Assembly (NCBI GenBank): GCA_964247055.1
Contig: OZ176055.1
Location: 9,300,001-9,364,000 of the forward strand
Source of the DNA: Paragordius varius
Lineage: Eukaryota > Animalia > Nematomorpha
Direction of reading: 5' to 3'
Length of the DNA stretch: 64,000 nucleotides
Shown: piece after piece, positions 1 through 27,500 of the stretch
How the letters are laid out: each line of letters opens with the position of its first letter
How positions within the stretch are numbered: position 1 is the stretch's first letter
Translations under genes and position numbers: made by a program
The notes under the pieces: model-generated
The model's input: the letters and a program-made list of their open reading frames with translations, nothing else
Told to the model about the DNA's origin: nothing
Database searches by the model: none

Positions 1-645
1 CTAATCGGACGACGTTTTTAAATATTATATAATAAGGAATGCACAATATGGAGTTTAAACTCTATATTGTCTTTATGTGCGGTTATAAATTTAAATAATA
101 AATTTATTAGAATAATTTTATATTTTATTAACACAATATTTCGCCTTCTTTTCTGAAGACTTTATCAAGCGAGAGTCTGTTTGTATATAACGATTCTAAT
201 CATTTTTTTTCATATAAAAACAATTACAGTAAAAATTGAAATTACACAGACAAAACTTGAAAAGGTAAAGACTAATATTTTTTTTTCAAAAAGACAACCC
301 CACACTTTTTTAATCGATTTTTTTAAATATAACTCATTTTTTTAAACTCTAAAGTATAATATAGAAATGTCAATTGGTAACACAATTAATTGTTAGTTTA
401 CGATTGTTACTAAATCTTTTTTATAGGATAAATTAAGGTTTAAAAAAGTATGGTTGTCATTAGAAAAAAAATGTGTCTTTATATTTTTACTTTTGTCCGT
501 ATAATTTCAATTTTTACTCTAAGTCGCCCTAAAAATATATAATTGACTTTTACATCTTTTAGATAATTTAGTCTTTTTTTTTCAAAAAAAATTATAAGTT
601 TTATTTTCATATCTATCTGCATACTTCATTTTTAAAATTTTTTAG

Positions 646-13765
<13,120 letters not shown>

Positions 13766-15125
13766 ATAATATAAATGTTATATATGTCTATCAATAAATT
13801 TTTTTGAGCGCAAAAAAACGTTTATCTGTAATGGGTTTCATCGCAAAATTCCTCAAAATCTTGTTGAGTAAACCAATAAATTTTTTCTTTGTTTTCATCT
13901 TCCAAGGGTATTATTTCTTCAGTTTTAATATATTTGTTGTTTTTAATTTCCTAATTAAGTTAAAATTAATTATACAGAAAAAAAGGTAGAAATTTAAGAA
14001 CAAATATTTTTTAAAAAGATAACCGTGCTTTCTTAAACCTTATTTTTTTGCTGTTAAATTATTTAAACACAAAAGTGAAATAATGTAATTAATTGCGTTT
14101 TTAATTTACATTTCTATTATTTAAAGTTTAAAACAATGAGTTTATACTTAAAGGTTAAAAGTATAAAAAAAACATTTGTCTTTACAGTATTAAAATTATA
14201 CGGACAAAGCGTAAAAATATAAAGAACAAACATACTTTTTTAAACGTTATTTTTTGTTGTTAAACTATTTAAATATAAAATATGTAATTGATTGTGTTTA
14301 ACATCTCTATTTCTGAATTTGCAATTTAAAAACAATGAGTTATATACTTAAAATCAAGGTTAAAAAGGTATAAAAAAGCATTTTTCTCTAATGTTTATAT
14401 CATCCAAAATTTTACTGTATATAAAATAAAAATTAAAATGGAGAAAAAAACTTTTTCGCTCAAATTTTGATTGAAACTTTGTTGGGAGGTAGTTTTCGCT
14501 GTTGTTAGGAATTTGTCTTTAGCCAATGTTTGATTTTCATATATAATTAACTTGCTACAATAATGTTTAAATATAAAATATTAGTATAATACGGATCTAT
14601 AATTTTCATTTTTTGTTTGCATCGGATACAATATGCATGCAATGATTTTTTATCATACTCCCTTGATAAGTGTTTGTTTTGAATCACCAACTATTATTGT
14701 TTAATAAATAATTATACGAAATTGGAACAGTAAAAATTGAAATTATACGGACAAAATGTAAAAATATAAAGACAATTTTTTTTAAATAAAGAACCATACT
14801 GTTTAAATTAATTTATCCTATAAAAACATTTAATTACAATGATAAAATACATAATTGATTGTGTTTCCAATTTACATTTCTATATTATTCTATGTAGTTT
14901 AAAATAATGAATTATATTTAAAAAAATTAGGATTAAAAAAAGTATGGTTGTCTTTTTGAAAAAAATATTTGTCTTTATATTTCAACATTTTGTTCGTATA
15001 ATTATATATAAAATTAGTACTTTTTATTAATAAAATACCCCAATAAATTATTATTCAACATATTATTAAACATTTTAATTCATATCGACTTAACTCTGTT
15101 AATCGATAAATAGAAAATAGCAAAA

Positions 15126-15540
15126 TTAGAATTTAAATATACTAAAACATATTACGTTGCATACAAATACTATGATGGCTACACCAAAAATAGACAACAT
15201 CCATATAGCAAAAACGGCATATTTCACATAAAAATAACATAATTTGTGATCAATCTCCGGAATATGTGCAGTATCAAATCGATAATCATTTATAAAATTA
15301 TTTTTGCTAAGCAGAAATTGTTCATCATTTTTGAGGTAGGTGTCAAGGTTGTGTTTTAGTTTTTGTATAAGGCCAGTTTTTTCGTTTGAAGTTATGTTTA
15401 AAAATGGTAACTTTTGAATGCCCTCTAATTCATCCAAAAATGGATAATAATACGTATGGCCTAAATAACGTTAAAACTTAAAAAATACTTTTTTCCAAGT
15501 TTTTATAATAGCTATGGGTTGTATTAATTTTAGAACTCAT
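15126..15540 (-). CDS. Uncharacterised ~128-aa protein with a C-terminal hydrophobic (transmembrane-like) segment; may have further 5' exons
   Basis: ATG at 15540, exon 15540-15489, a 28-nt GT-AG intron (15488-15461), then exon 15460-15126. The join is in frame: MSSKINTTHSYYKNLEKSHTYYYPFLDELEGIQK...YAVFAIWMLSIFGVAIIVFVCNVICFSIFKF*. No family recognised. Confidence 0.5.
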
Positions 15541-16953
15541 TGCTAAACCATATTCTATTGTTTAGAAAAGCTTTGGTGGATAAAATAAATATTTAAAATC
15601 CTTGTTTAAAAGATGATTGGTTGCTAAATCGAAAACGACCATTTGGATATAGTATACAAAGTTGATTCTTAGATTCTTTTACCGCTATATATAAATCTTT
15701 CATCTTAGTATTTAAAATTTCATACAAACTGTTCAAACATAATATTCTGATAAAGTATAAATATCTTTAAAATAATATGTTTAAAATGCTATTGATCCTC
15801 AAATAAAAAACGCACCCGAGCATAAAATGAATAATGGGAAAGTCCGTGAAATTTAAAATGCATTAATTGGTTAAATTGAAATAATGCGTTTATTTTTAGT
15901 TTAAGTTCCTTTCATATTTTTTAGGCCTTCAAAAATATATCTTAGATTTCAATACAAAGATCTAAAAACGAATAATTTGTCTTAAAATAAAAATATATTT
16001 AGCAATGGAAGGCTGGTTTGCATGCTCGCCATTATTAAAGGGTCACCAAATCATTATTATTATATTTATTTAAGTTTAAGCTTGAGTTTTTTGGCCATGG
16101 CAAAGAGGGGATATAAAAGGAATGCAACGGGATTCCCAACGCTCTTTACGTATTTGTTCTACGATAAATAGTAATCTTTAAAATAAATTTATAGCGATAT
16201 TTTTATTTAAACTTAATGTTTATTATTTTATCAGCGGTTGATATTATGGAAGAATTCGTATAAAGTATCCATATGCTGAAAAACGCCAGTACACCTCGAA
16301 TAATTTTTCTAATTTCAAAGTATGTGTTTTTTAAGATATATTCCGATGTTATATTAAGTAAATTTTGAACTTTTTAAATTAAGAGCTATGTTAACCCTAA
16401 AATAAAGTTAATATTTGATAAATTCTTTGTATCTCTCAGGTATCCAATAAGTTATAGCCGAAGGTCCAAAAGTGTATTAATAAGTCCAAAATAAGGATAT
16501 GTACTGCCAATCTTTACAATCACGATATAAACAAGACTTCATCCACGATAAATTAATTATGGCGCTTTTAAATTATTTAAACTATTAATCAATATATTAT
16601 TTAGTGATTGGAAAGCTATAGGTATTATAATTTTTTTTAATAATGCCATAACCCCGAATGAAATTATTTTTTAAAATTGTTTTTTTTTTCGTTTTTAAAA
16701 ATTAATAATTGTATGTTTCAAGTAAAAAATTATCGATAGATAAAATGACTCAATAAAGTTTGTTAGTGTGAGTAATGTTAGTTAATAAATGGCCCATTTT
16801 GTTTTATATCCTTAATGACATAACGTGTCCAAAGTTTCGGCGCACGAAAACTTTAGAATTTGGGAACCCCTAAAAACCTAAACATATTATATATAAGCGT
16901 AATATATTATCTAGCAAAATTTATTTCACTCCAATTGAAAAATAAATAAAAAA

Positions 16954-17465
16954 TTATTTTGATTCTAATTTCATAATGCTTTTTTTGACCTATAAATATA
17001 TAAATCTCAAAAAAACTTCTTGAAACCACGGAGTTCTTGGTGTGAATTCTAATCTATGAAACCAACTCATTAGAGACAAAGGATATATCACATGTAAGTG
17101 AAGATGATCCACAGAATTAAATGGATATTTATGGAAGCCCATTCTATATAACATAATACAAAACCTTAATTGCTTGGGATCAAAATTTTCCATTCCCTCT
17201 AATAATTTAAATCCGATATCAGCTAAATTTTTAACTAAGCAGAAATAGTAAAAAATAAAACCAACTGGAACATCAGTCTGATCAAGATGTTTAACGTTAA
17301 GCTTATGTTCTTTTGGTATAATCAAATAATGATTGGAAGAAACCGGATTTTTGTCGACAAAAGCCAAGAAATTTTCATTCTTATATTAACTAAATTAATT
17401 AGTACCTCAAAAACAATATCGGCTTCTTTTTGCCGCATACAAATTTGACAAAATATACAGGGCAT
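16954..17465 (-). CDS. HINT3: Histidine triad nucleotide-binding protein, HINT3-like (~136 aa)
   Basis: Exons 17465-17406, 17379-17262, 17234-17165, 17143-17017, 16989-16954; introns of 26, 27, 21 and 27 nt. The product has an N-terminal CIFC, HYLIIPKEH, RMGFH..PFNSVD and the HIT motif HLHLH. The start codon and last exon are less certain. Confidence 0.88.
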
Positions 17466-17839
17466 ACCATGTGAATACGCACAACTAAAGTTGGAAAATA
17501 TGTTTTTTTATCAAAATGTTTTTTAGCATGTATACATGGATATGTATTTAACACTTGGAACAACACCTTTTGAAATAGGGGTCATTAAAGACCTAAGGTC
17601 TGTTTTAAATGAATAGTTCATAATATAAGGAAGAATTGAGACATCGCAGGAGTTTTCACTTAAATTCAATATAAAATATTTGATTTACATATTTTGAGGT
17701 ACCAAGGGTAAAAATCAAGTCAAATTGACATAAGCATTAGCTAAAGTTAAAATAAAAAGTAAACCACTTAATGTTACATGTGGTTTTAATAAGTATAATT
17801 TTAGCTTTAACACATGGATATAAAACTTTCATTTTAGTC

Positions 17840-18790
17840 CCTTAATTAAAATAGGGTATTTAGATACCCCAGATAATATATAAAGTTATATCTAGCACTA
17901 CTGAGAGAAACCGCCCTGATTTAAATTTATGTTCCAATAAAAATTATATAAATAACCCGAAATATCTAAATGATATTTGTTTTTTTAAAAAATCCATATA
18001 AAACTACTTTGACGCCATTTTTATTTTACATTTTTGCAAAATATGGTGTTTATTTAATTTTAAAGCTAAAATAATTTTTATTTAACTCTTCGATTGAAAT
18101 TGGGGTATCTAGTTGATATTCATAAAAAATCAATGCAAGAAACGGTTAAAATTTAAATTTAAGCTTCTATTTTAATAAAAATTTTATTAATCCAAAATAT
18201 TTAAATAAAATTTAGTATTGGAAAAAAAGTTACGCATCAGAACGCTATTTTTATTTTACAACATTCTTGAAAATAACGTGTTTATTTGATTCTAAGCCTA
18301 AAAATAGGTTATTTTTTTAATTACATTTAACATTAATATAAAAAGAAAAAGTGGCATATTTTGCATTATTTTAATATTTAGCTTACGCACACAAGTCATG
18401 TTGGCTAAATTTTTACCTTAGAGTTTTACCTCTTAATAAATAATCATCAAGTATATTTGAATATTTTTTTTATTTTTCGGTTTATAAATCTAAGTGTATT
18501 TTGCGATGGTTTCCTTCCATATATTTTGAGGTATTTAATTTTAAACAGGCCTGCGGTATCCAACTACCCATTTGAATCGAAGGCCTAAAATGAAGGTGTT
18601 GTATCTCCGTGTTAAGTAAACACGATATTTTGCAAGTAAAATAAAAATAGCGTCGAAGTAGTTATGGAATTTTTTTTCAAAACAAAATTTTATATAGATA
18701 TTTTGGCTTTTTTAAATAATTTAGTATAGAAGCATAAATTTAAATTGAAACCGTTTCTTTAAGCAGTTTTTTGAAATATTAACTTAAATA
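17840..18790. repeat. Dispersed repeat family E, in inverted and direct copies; also at about 3840-4290
   Basis: Shared blocks AAACACGATATTTTGCAA..AGCGTC..AGTAG..AGAAGCATAA..AACCGTTTCTTT and GGTATCCAACTA occur at both places and in both orientations. Confidence 0.55.
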
Positions 18791-18966
18791 TTGTTTGATA
18801 AACACAAAAATTCCGGGAGTGTGTGATAAAATCTTTAAATATATGCTTAATTTTTTGACAAAAATTTTTTTAAAATGCAACTTTTTATAATTAATTTCTA
18901 CCAAAATTTTGTTGGAGCGTACTTTCCTGTTTTTAGGCATGATGAAAACGATATAAAAAGTTTTCA

Positions 18967-20899
18967 TCTATATATTTATAAAAATGGAAAGTGGTGGCTT
19001 TGCGATCTGTTTCCGGAAAACCGGTAGACCCATTCAAATCCAAATATCGAGAAAATATAATCATTAATGAATGCCCCGACTATAGCTACTCCCTTTTTTG
19101 AATTAGGTTCGTTCGGGCCCACCCCGTGTAGAAAACGGTTTTTTGAAAACAGAAGTCCACAAAACGAAAACGTGTTGGACCATTCGATTTCAAATATGAT
19201 TTTTTTTACTTATTTTGGATTGCGCCGAACATAATAGCGCTTTTTTAATTTAGGTCCTCTTTCTACCCGCTCCCCCCGTAAAATGCCATTTTTTTTAAAA
19301 AAAATTAAGTCCACAAAAAAATTTTTTAAATCTATTTTTCGCCCAAGGTATGAGACCGTAAAAATAAGAATTCCAGGTTTTCCCTGTTAAAAGGCAAAAA
19401 TTTTAGTCAAGCGTTTCTTTAATGATGGCTGATGGGTAAGGAAATACCCGCTAAAAACTGACTCGTAATATCGAAATAGCGTGTTGGATCTAAATTTCAG
19501 ATAACCTATCAAGCCATATGAGTTCAATAGCTGCAATATTACCCGTAACAGGGCAAAAATTTAGATCGTGCGGTTTTTTAAAATTAGCCGTTAATTAGGC
19601 CCTTCACGCCCTGAAAAATGCGCCACCATAGAATGATTTTTTATTTTTGAGGCAATTTTTCCAAAAACCTAATGAGAGCATATGGAATCTATCATGATTC
19701 CAGGTATTCCGTGTAAAGGCAAAATATTTAACAGGCGCTTTTTCGTATCAGCCTTTCGGTAGGTAACTACCCGCCTAAAACTATGCCCCCATATTGAAAT
19801 TCCGATGTTTAGGAGTTATTCACAAAACTTATCAGGCTACATAAGTTTAAGGGCCTGAAATATTACCCGTAAAAAGGCAAAAATTTAAGTCGAGCGGATT
19901 TAATAATTAGGCCCTTTACGCCCTTAAAATGCGCTATCATTGAACTATTATTTGGTTTTGAAGCCATCCAAAAACTATTAAGAACATAAGGAATGAATGA
20001 TGATTCCAGTGCGCCACCATATCGATGCAACGTGACTTTGGAGGCAAATTTTAGAAAACCTATGAGACTAACAGGAACATATGGAATCCATGATAATTCC
20101 AAATATTCCCCATGTAAAGGCAAACATTTTGCCGAACGCTTTTTTATTCGAGCTACCCGCCAAAAACTGCGCCACTATATAGAAATTGCGTTATTTTGGA
20201 GCTAATTTACAGAAAATTACGTAGCCATATGAGCTCATTAACAGCTTACCCGTAACTAGGTAAAGACCAGGCGCTTTTATTAGCCGTTAATTTGGAGCCT
20301 TTATGTCCTAAAAATACGCCATCATATAACGATTATTTAGTCTTGGGGTATTTTTTTGATTAACTCATTAGACGATGGTATCAAAGATGATTCCAAATAT
20401 TTGCCCTATAAAGGCAAAGAATATACCTTAACACTTTTTTCCATGTCTATGGGTAGGGGTATACCGGTTTAAAACTAAGACGCCATATAAAAATGGCCTG
20501 GTTTTATAGCTAATTTTCTAAAAACGTAAGAAGCCATACGAGTTAAACACATCTCTGGGGATTTGTATTATATCATTCTTTCCTTTAAAAAGGGATTACA
20601 AATGATTTACTTTTTAAATCCCTTGACAGCTGTGTGAACACAATTTCAAAATAAAACTTTTAACCATGATTTGGTAAAACAAAAATTAAAATAAATCCAA
20701 TGATAGTTGAATATTAATAAGGGACAGTTTAAATATGGTCGATTTCGAGTAAACAATATTTGAGCCTATGCAAATACCCGTAGAAGAAAAATAAAGACAT
20801 TCTTTTTATTAAAAAAGTTTTTTATTATTTTTTATCTCCCATACCTCTATTTATTTCATTGTGAGACTACGTCACAGCAAGCGTGACAGAGCCAGCTAG
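18967..20899 (+). mobile_element. Non-autonomous Helitron candidate with internal diverged tandem repeats
   Basis: 5' end A|TCTATATATTTATAAAAATGG. 3' hairpin GTCAC-agcaagc-GTGAC at 20871-20887, then CTAG|T at 20896-20900. Internal ~300-400-bp units (dimers of ~160 bp) span about 19370-20545. Confidence 0.6.
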
Positions 20900-23800
20900 T
20901 ATATTATAAAAACACTCTTTTTATATAATTTTATTATTCCGACATTTCTATCACCTAAGTTAGATTAAAATATTTGTTTGTCCTCAAATTTTTGTCAAAT
21001 ATATATATTGTGTTTTTATATAAAAATTCGCCAAAATTTGAAAGTAAAGGAACGTTAATATTCTGAAGCAATAGAAATGTTCTGTATCATCAAACTCTAG
21101 AAAAAAGGGTAAATATCTGAAAGCGTTTTTATACGTTTTTTTCATGCCTAAAAATGCTATGAAAACAATTCAACAAAATTTGCTAAAAATTAAATTTTTC
21201 TCAAAGTATGCATTTTTAAAAAATATTTTTTTTCAAAATATAACATATAGTTAAGCATTTTGCGAAATTTCTGGATTTTGCCTTTATTTTAAAAGAACTA
21301 TACCGTTTTAGAAAAGCAAAAATGTCTTTCGGAGCCCACACTAAAAATTAAAATATTATAAAAATATTGTTTTGCTTTTTATAAATAGTTTTTGTTATAT
21401 TTTAGTGATATTTTTTGGATTGAAGCATTTAGTTTTCATCAAAAAAATTTATTACAGATGTCACAAATTTTGCCATATTCTAATAAAAAGTGTATATAAC
21501 TTTTTTATAGTCGCAAGGGCCAAAACCAAAAGCATTATGAAAATCCTGATACATTTTTCTATCGGAATATATTTAATTCATTAAAATATTTTTTCATGAC
21601 CCCCGATTATGTCCACTGTGTAATATAAAACTATGATATTATTTTTAAGGCAAATAATGTTTATAAAAACTACTCTATATGCACCTTCTAATAGGCCAAA
21701 CTTATTACTTTAAAGCTTCATGGATTGATGGCAGTAAATCTTTTTACTGTTTATAGTGCACTTTTTAAATAATTTTTAGCAAAGCTATAACTTTAACCCT
21801 TAAATATAAATTAACAATTTAGGCTAAAACACCATCTTAAAATATATTTATTTTTACTGTTTTTTACATAATTTATACTTAACAATCAAATTGTGTCAGC
21901 CAGCTTCAATCATTACAATTTCTCACTTATAATATGTATGTATTTAAGAATGGATTGTTCTAAAAATCAATTCTAATACAAATCAACCCGTACTAATTAT
22001 TGCAACTTTATACGAACAGGAAATATATATAGATATCATGAAATGCAATGAGGCAGTCTACCAACCAATTATCTTCAGGAATGCAGAAACAAAAGTAGGT
22101 TTATTATCGTTATTTTCGCAATTTAAAATGTACAACCTATTGTTCAAATATTGCTTTTCACCATATTTATCCAGTAAATTAAATCCAAATGATAATTTTG
22201 TCTTAAATTTAAAGAAAGTATTAGCTGTAATACTATGCATATTATTTAATTGTAAAATAACTTAATTGATTTCATTGATTGCAATGATGACATAGTAAAA
22301 AAACAAAATGCAAAATTTTATAACTAAGTATTCTCTTTAAATATAATAGCTCTGTGTGTGATGATAAAATTTAAATCTAAGGTGATATTTGCAAATAACT
22401 CATATATTGTAAATTTATAGAATGATCTCAAACAATTAGAATGATCTCAGAAACTTAGAATGACCCTATTGTTTGGTTCATTTGACTAATGGAAGATTTG
22501 GACAAGCAGGAGGTCTCGGGTATAATACTTACCTAAAACTTTTAATATACATTTCTCTATTGGGTCATTTAAAAATTATCATCAATGATGGGCTCAATTA
22601 TTATTAAACGCCATATAAGCAAAAATGCAATACTAATGTAATAAACAGCCGAATCACATTTTGCGGATAAAATAATTTAACTATATAAATATGGAGGTGG
22701 ATACAAAAATAATTTTGTAATATTGTATGTGAAAATGAATGTTTGGATTTTTAATTAATATTTTTGCTAATTAGGGGATTTCGCAGAAATTTAAATATGA
22801 TATAAATACATTCTTTGTATAATCAATTTTATGTATATTAATATTTAATTTTTACAAATAACTATATAATTTTTAGAAAATTTTAATGTTTATAATACAT
22901 GAATATAATGCATTGACATTCGCAATATATAATACTTATTATGTATGTATGCATATGAAATTGTAAATGGTTAAAATAAATTTGTATATTTAATAATAAA
23001 TAAATTTCTTATTCAAACATAATTTCAAAATATATAATATGGAAACCAACACGGAAGAATATTACAGCTTTAAATTATTAAAAACTTGACATCTCTTAAT
23101 AATGTATAGAAGTATGGGTATCTCATCTTTAAAAATCAACCATATATTAACAACTTTGAATATATAACCACTGTAAACGAAATAAGGGGACTAACATGGA
23201 AATTCTTAACACGAACTGTGCTGACTGATGATTCAGTCTAAACAAAGTATATTCACAATAATAAATGACGTTTGGATCATTGATATAAATTCATTAAATT
23301 AATCATTTAAATAGTGAAGCATTTATGTTGTCGGATATAATATTTATAAAAGTATAGTCAATAAATAATAACTAAAATCTGTTAATGCTGTAAGCTTGGA
23401 GTTTTATTTGAAGATTATGTATCATAGTGTTACATTCTGGATAAAACCAAATCCTAAGAAGATTTGTCCTTAATATTTTATGCCTGAAAGACGATCATTA
23501 CAGTATCTCACTTCTTCTTATAAACAATTAAAATTGTTTGACAGATATTATGTAGATTTTGGAGACCTTTAACTGACATCGAAATAAAAGCCAAAACTTT
23601 GTTAATATTTGAACAATCATTTAAAGAGGAGATTACACAGATATAAAAGTAAAAACTATTGATGCTTATCCGGATTTCTGTTAAAGAAATCCTAATTTAC
23701 AAGCTTCAGTTAACAAACATTAATAAACGTTGGAAACTTTGAACACTCATGAACAAAAATATTTCAAGGCGTAAAAAGATCCGAAATTTGAAATCTTATA

Positions 23801-24535
23801 AATGGATTTGAATAAATACTCGAGTTAATAAATATTATGACTCAGAGGAAAAGGGATTGGGCGATTCTGTAAGGTAGATACCAATTCCATCAACGTTTGT
23901 TAAAAAGGAATTATGCATTAATGTAAGAGAAGCTTGAAGTAATAAAGTCCTAAACGGAAATTTAGACCGAAGCTTATAAACCCAGGAATTCAACAACACA
24001 TAACCTTTCACTAAAAAACTTTCGCCGCTCAAATCTTTAGCTAATAGTTATAACTTGATTATGCATTTCATTTGCATGAGATATTATTTTACTTTCTAAA
24101 GTTATGCTTTCTATAAACCAATATAATTTTTAATTTTATCATGTAATTGTGTTATCTTATGTAAATTATTTATAAAAAATTATTTTTATAATTAATATAT
24201 CCGAAATATGGCTTAGGCAGTATATGAAAATTAAACGCTTCTAAAATAAAAAATGAAAACATGGTTTTATAGTTAAAGAGTTAATGACAATTGATGATCT
24301 ATACATCTTAATATTAAATCGAAATAATGGAACGGATGCAGAATAAGGAGCTGGTTACCTCTAATTATTAATGAGGATATAAAGAAAGTGGATGATCGGT
24401 TTAAAATTATAAATGGACACAGAATAACTTGTTTAACAGATTTAGATATCTTTTCATTTGCTTATAAGTTGAGAATGTTGTTAGAAAAATAGATAGTTTG
24501 CACACCTGTAAATATAATCAAGTATCTGTTAACGT

Positions 24536-27500
24536 ATGAAAGAAATGGGAAATTGGATATTTCTACAACTGGAGTTGAATGAAGAAATGAAGAATTGGAT
24601 ATTTTTTCAACTGGAGTTGGATGAAGAAATGAAGAATTGGATATTTCTCCAACTGGAGTTGGATGAAGAAATGGAGAATTGGATATTTCTCCAACTGTTG
24701 GATGAAGAAAGAAGAATTGGATATTTCTCCAACTGGAGTTGGATGAAGAAAAGAAGAATTGGATATTTCTCCAACTGGAGTTGGATGAAGAAAAGAAGAA
24801 TGGGATATTTCTCCAACTGGAGTTGAATGAAGAAAAGAAGAATGGGATATTTCTCCAACTGGTGTTGGATGGAGAAAAGAAGAATTGGATATTTATACAA
24901 CTGGAGTTGGATGAAGAAATGAAGAATTGGATATTTCTCCAACTGGTGTTGGATGGAGAAAAGAAGAATTGGATATTTATACAACTGGAGTTGGATGAAG
25001 AAAAGAAGAATTGGATTTTCTCCAACTGGAGTTGGATGAAGAAAAGAAGAATTGGATAATTCTCCAACTGGAGTTGGATGAAGAAAAAAAGAATTGGATA
25101 TTTCTCCAACTGGAGTTGGATGAAGAAAAGAAGAATTGGATATTTCTCCAACTGGATTCGGAGGAAGAAATGCAGAATTGGATATTTCTCCAACTGGATT
25201 TGGAGGAAGAAATGAAGAATTGGATATTTCTCCAAATGGAGTTGGATGAAAAAATGAAGAATTGGTCTCCAACTGTAGTTGGATGAAGAAATGAAGAATT
25301 GGATATTTCTCCAACTTATTTGGATGAAGAAATGAAGAATTGGATATTTCTCCAACTGGAGTTGGATGAAGAAAAGAAGAATTGGATATTTCTCCAACTG
25401 GATTTGGAGGAAGAAATGTAGAATTGGATATTTCTCCAACTGGAGTTGGATGAAGAAATGGAGAATTGGATATTTCTCCAACTGTTGGATGAAGAAAGAA
25501 GAATTGGATATTTCTCCAACTGGAGTTGGATGAAGAAAAGAAGAATTGGATATTTCTCCAACTGGAGTTGGATGAAGAAAAGAAGAATTGGATATTTCTC
25601 CAACTGGAGTTGGATGAAGAAATGAAGAATTGGATATTTCTCCAACTGGTGTTGGATGGAGAAAAGAAGAATTGGATATTTATACAACTGGAGTTGGATG
25701 AAGAAAAGAAGAATTGGATTTTCTCCAACTGGAGTTGGATGAAGAAAAGAAGAATTGGATAATTCTCCAACTGGAGTTGGATGAAGAAAAAAAGAATTGG
25801 ATATTTCTCCAACTGGAGTTGGATGAAGAAAAGAAGAATTGGATATTTCTCCAACTGGATTCGGAGGAAGAAATGCAGAATTGGATATTTCTCCAACTGG
25901 ATTTGGAGGAAGAAATGAAGAATTGGATATTTCTCCAAATGGAGTTGGATGAAAAAATGAAGAATTGGTCTCCAACTGTAGTTGGATGAAGAAATGAAGA
26001 ATTGGATATTTCTCCAACTTATTTGGATGAAGAAATGAAGAATTGGATATTTCTCCAACTGGAGTTGGATGAAGAAATGAAGAATTGGATATTTCTCCAA
26101 CTGGAGTTGGATGGAGAAAAGAAGAATTGGATATTTATACAACTGGAGTTGGATGAAGAAAAGAAGAATTGGATTTTCTCCAACTGGAGTTGGATGAAGA
26201 AAAGAAGAATTGGATAATTCTCCAACTGGAGTTGGATGAAGAAAAAAAGAATTGGATATTTCTCCAACTGGAGTTGGATGAAGAAAAGAAGAATTGGATA
26301 TTTCTCCAACTGGATTCGGAGGAAGAAATGCAGAATTGGATATTTCTCCAACTGGATTTGGAGGAAGAAATGAAGAATTGGATATTTCTCTAAATGGAGT
26401 TGGATGAAAAAATGAAGAATTGGTCTCAAACTGGAGTTGGATGAAGAAATGAAGAATTGGATATTTCTATAACTGGAGTTGAATGAAGAAAAGAAGAATT
26501 GGAAATTTCTCCAACTGTAGTTGGATGAAGAAAAGAAGAATTGGAATTTCTCCAACTGGAGTTGGATGAAGAAAAGAAGAATTGGATATTTCTCCAACTG
26601 GAGTTGGATGAAGAAACGGAGAATTGGATATTTCTCCAACTGGAGTTGGATGAAGAAAAGAAGAATTGGATATTTCTCCAACTGGATTCGGAGGAAGAAA
26701 TGCAGAATTGGATATTTCTCCAACTGGATTTGGAGGAAGAAATGAAGAATTGGATATTTCTCCAAATGGAGTTGGATGAAAAAATGAAGAATTGGTCTCC
26801 AACTGTAGTTGGATGAAGAAATGAAGAATTGGATATTTCTCCAACTTATTTGGATGAAGAAATGAAGAATTGGATATTTCTCCAACTGGAGTTGGATGAA
26901 GAAATGAAGAATTGGATATTTCTCCAACTGGAGTTGGATGAAGAAATGAAGAATTGGATATTTCTCCAACTGGAGTTGGATGAAGAAATGCAGAATTGGA
27001 TATTTCTCCAACTGGATTTGGAGGAAGAAATGAAGAATTGGATATTTCTCCAAATGGAGTTGGATGAAAAAATGAAGAATTGGTCTCCAACTGTAGTTGG
27101 ATGAAGAAATGAAGAATTGGATATTTCTCCAACTTATTTGGATGAAGAAATGAAGAATTGGATATTTCTCCAACTGGAGTTGGATGAAGAAACGGAGAAT
27201 TGGATATTTCTCCAACTGGAGTTGGATGAAGAAAAGAAGAATTGGATATTTCTCCAACTGGATTCGGAGGAAGAAATGCAGAATTGGATATTTCTCCAAC
27301 TGGATTTGGAGGAAGAAATGAAGAATTGGATATTTCTCCAAATGGAGTTGGATGAAGAAAAGAAGAATTGGATATTTCTCCAACTGGAGTTGGATGAAGA
27401 AAAGAAGAATTGGATATTTCTCCAACTGGATTCGGAGGAAGAAATGCAGAATTGGAAATTTCTCCAACTGGATTTGGATGAAGAAATGAAGAATTGGATA

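Noticed and set aside
19863-20205. Two overlapping ORFs of 86 and 70 aa
   Set aside because: They lie inside the diverged tandem repeats of the Helitron candidate and have no motif support.
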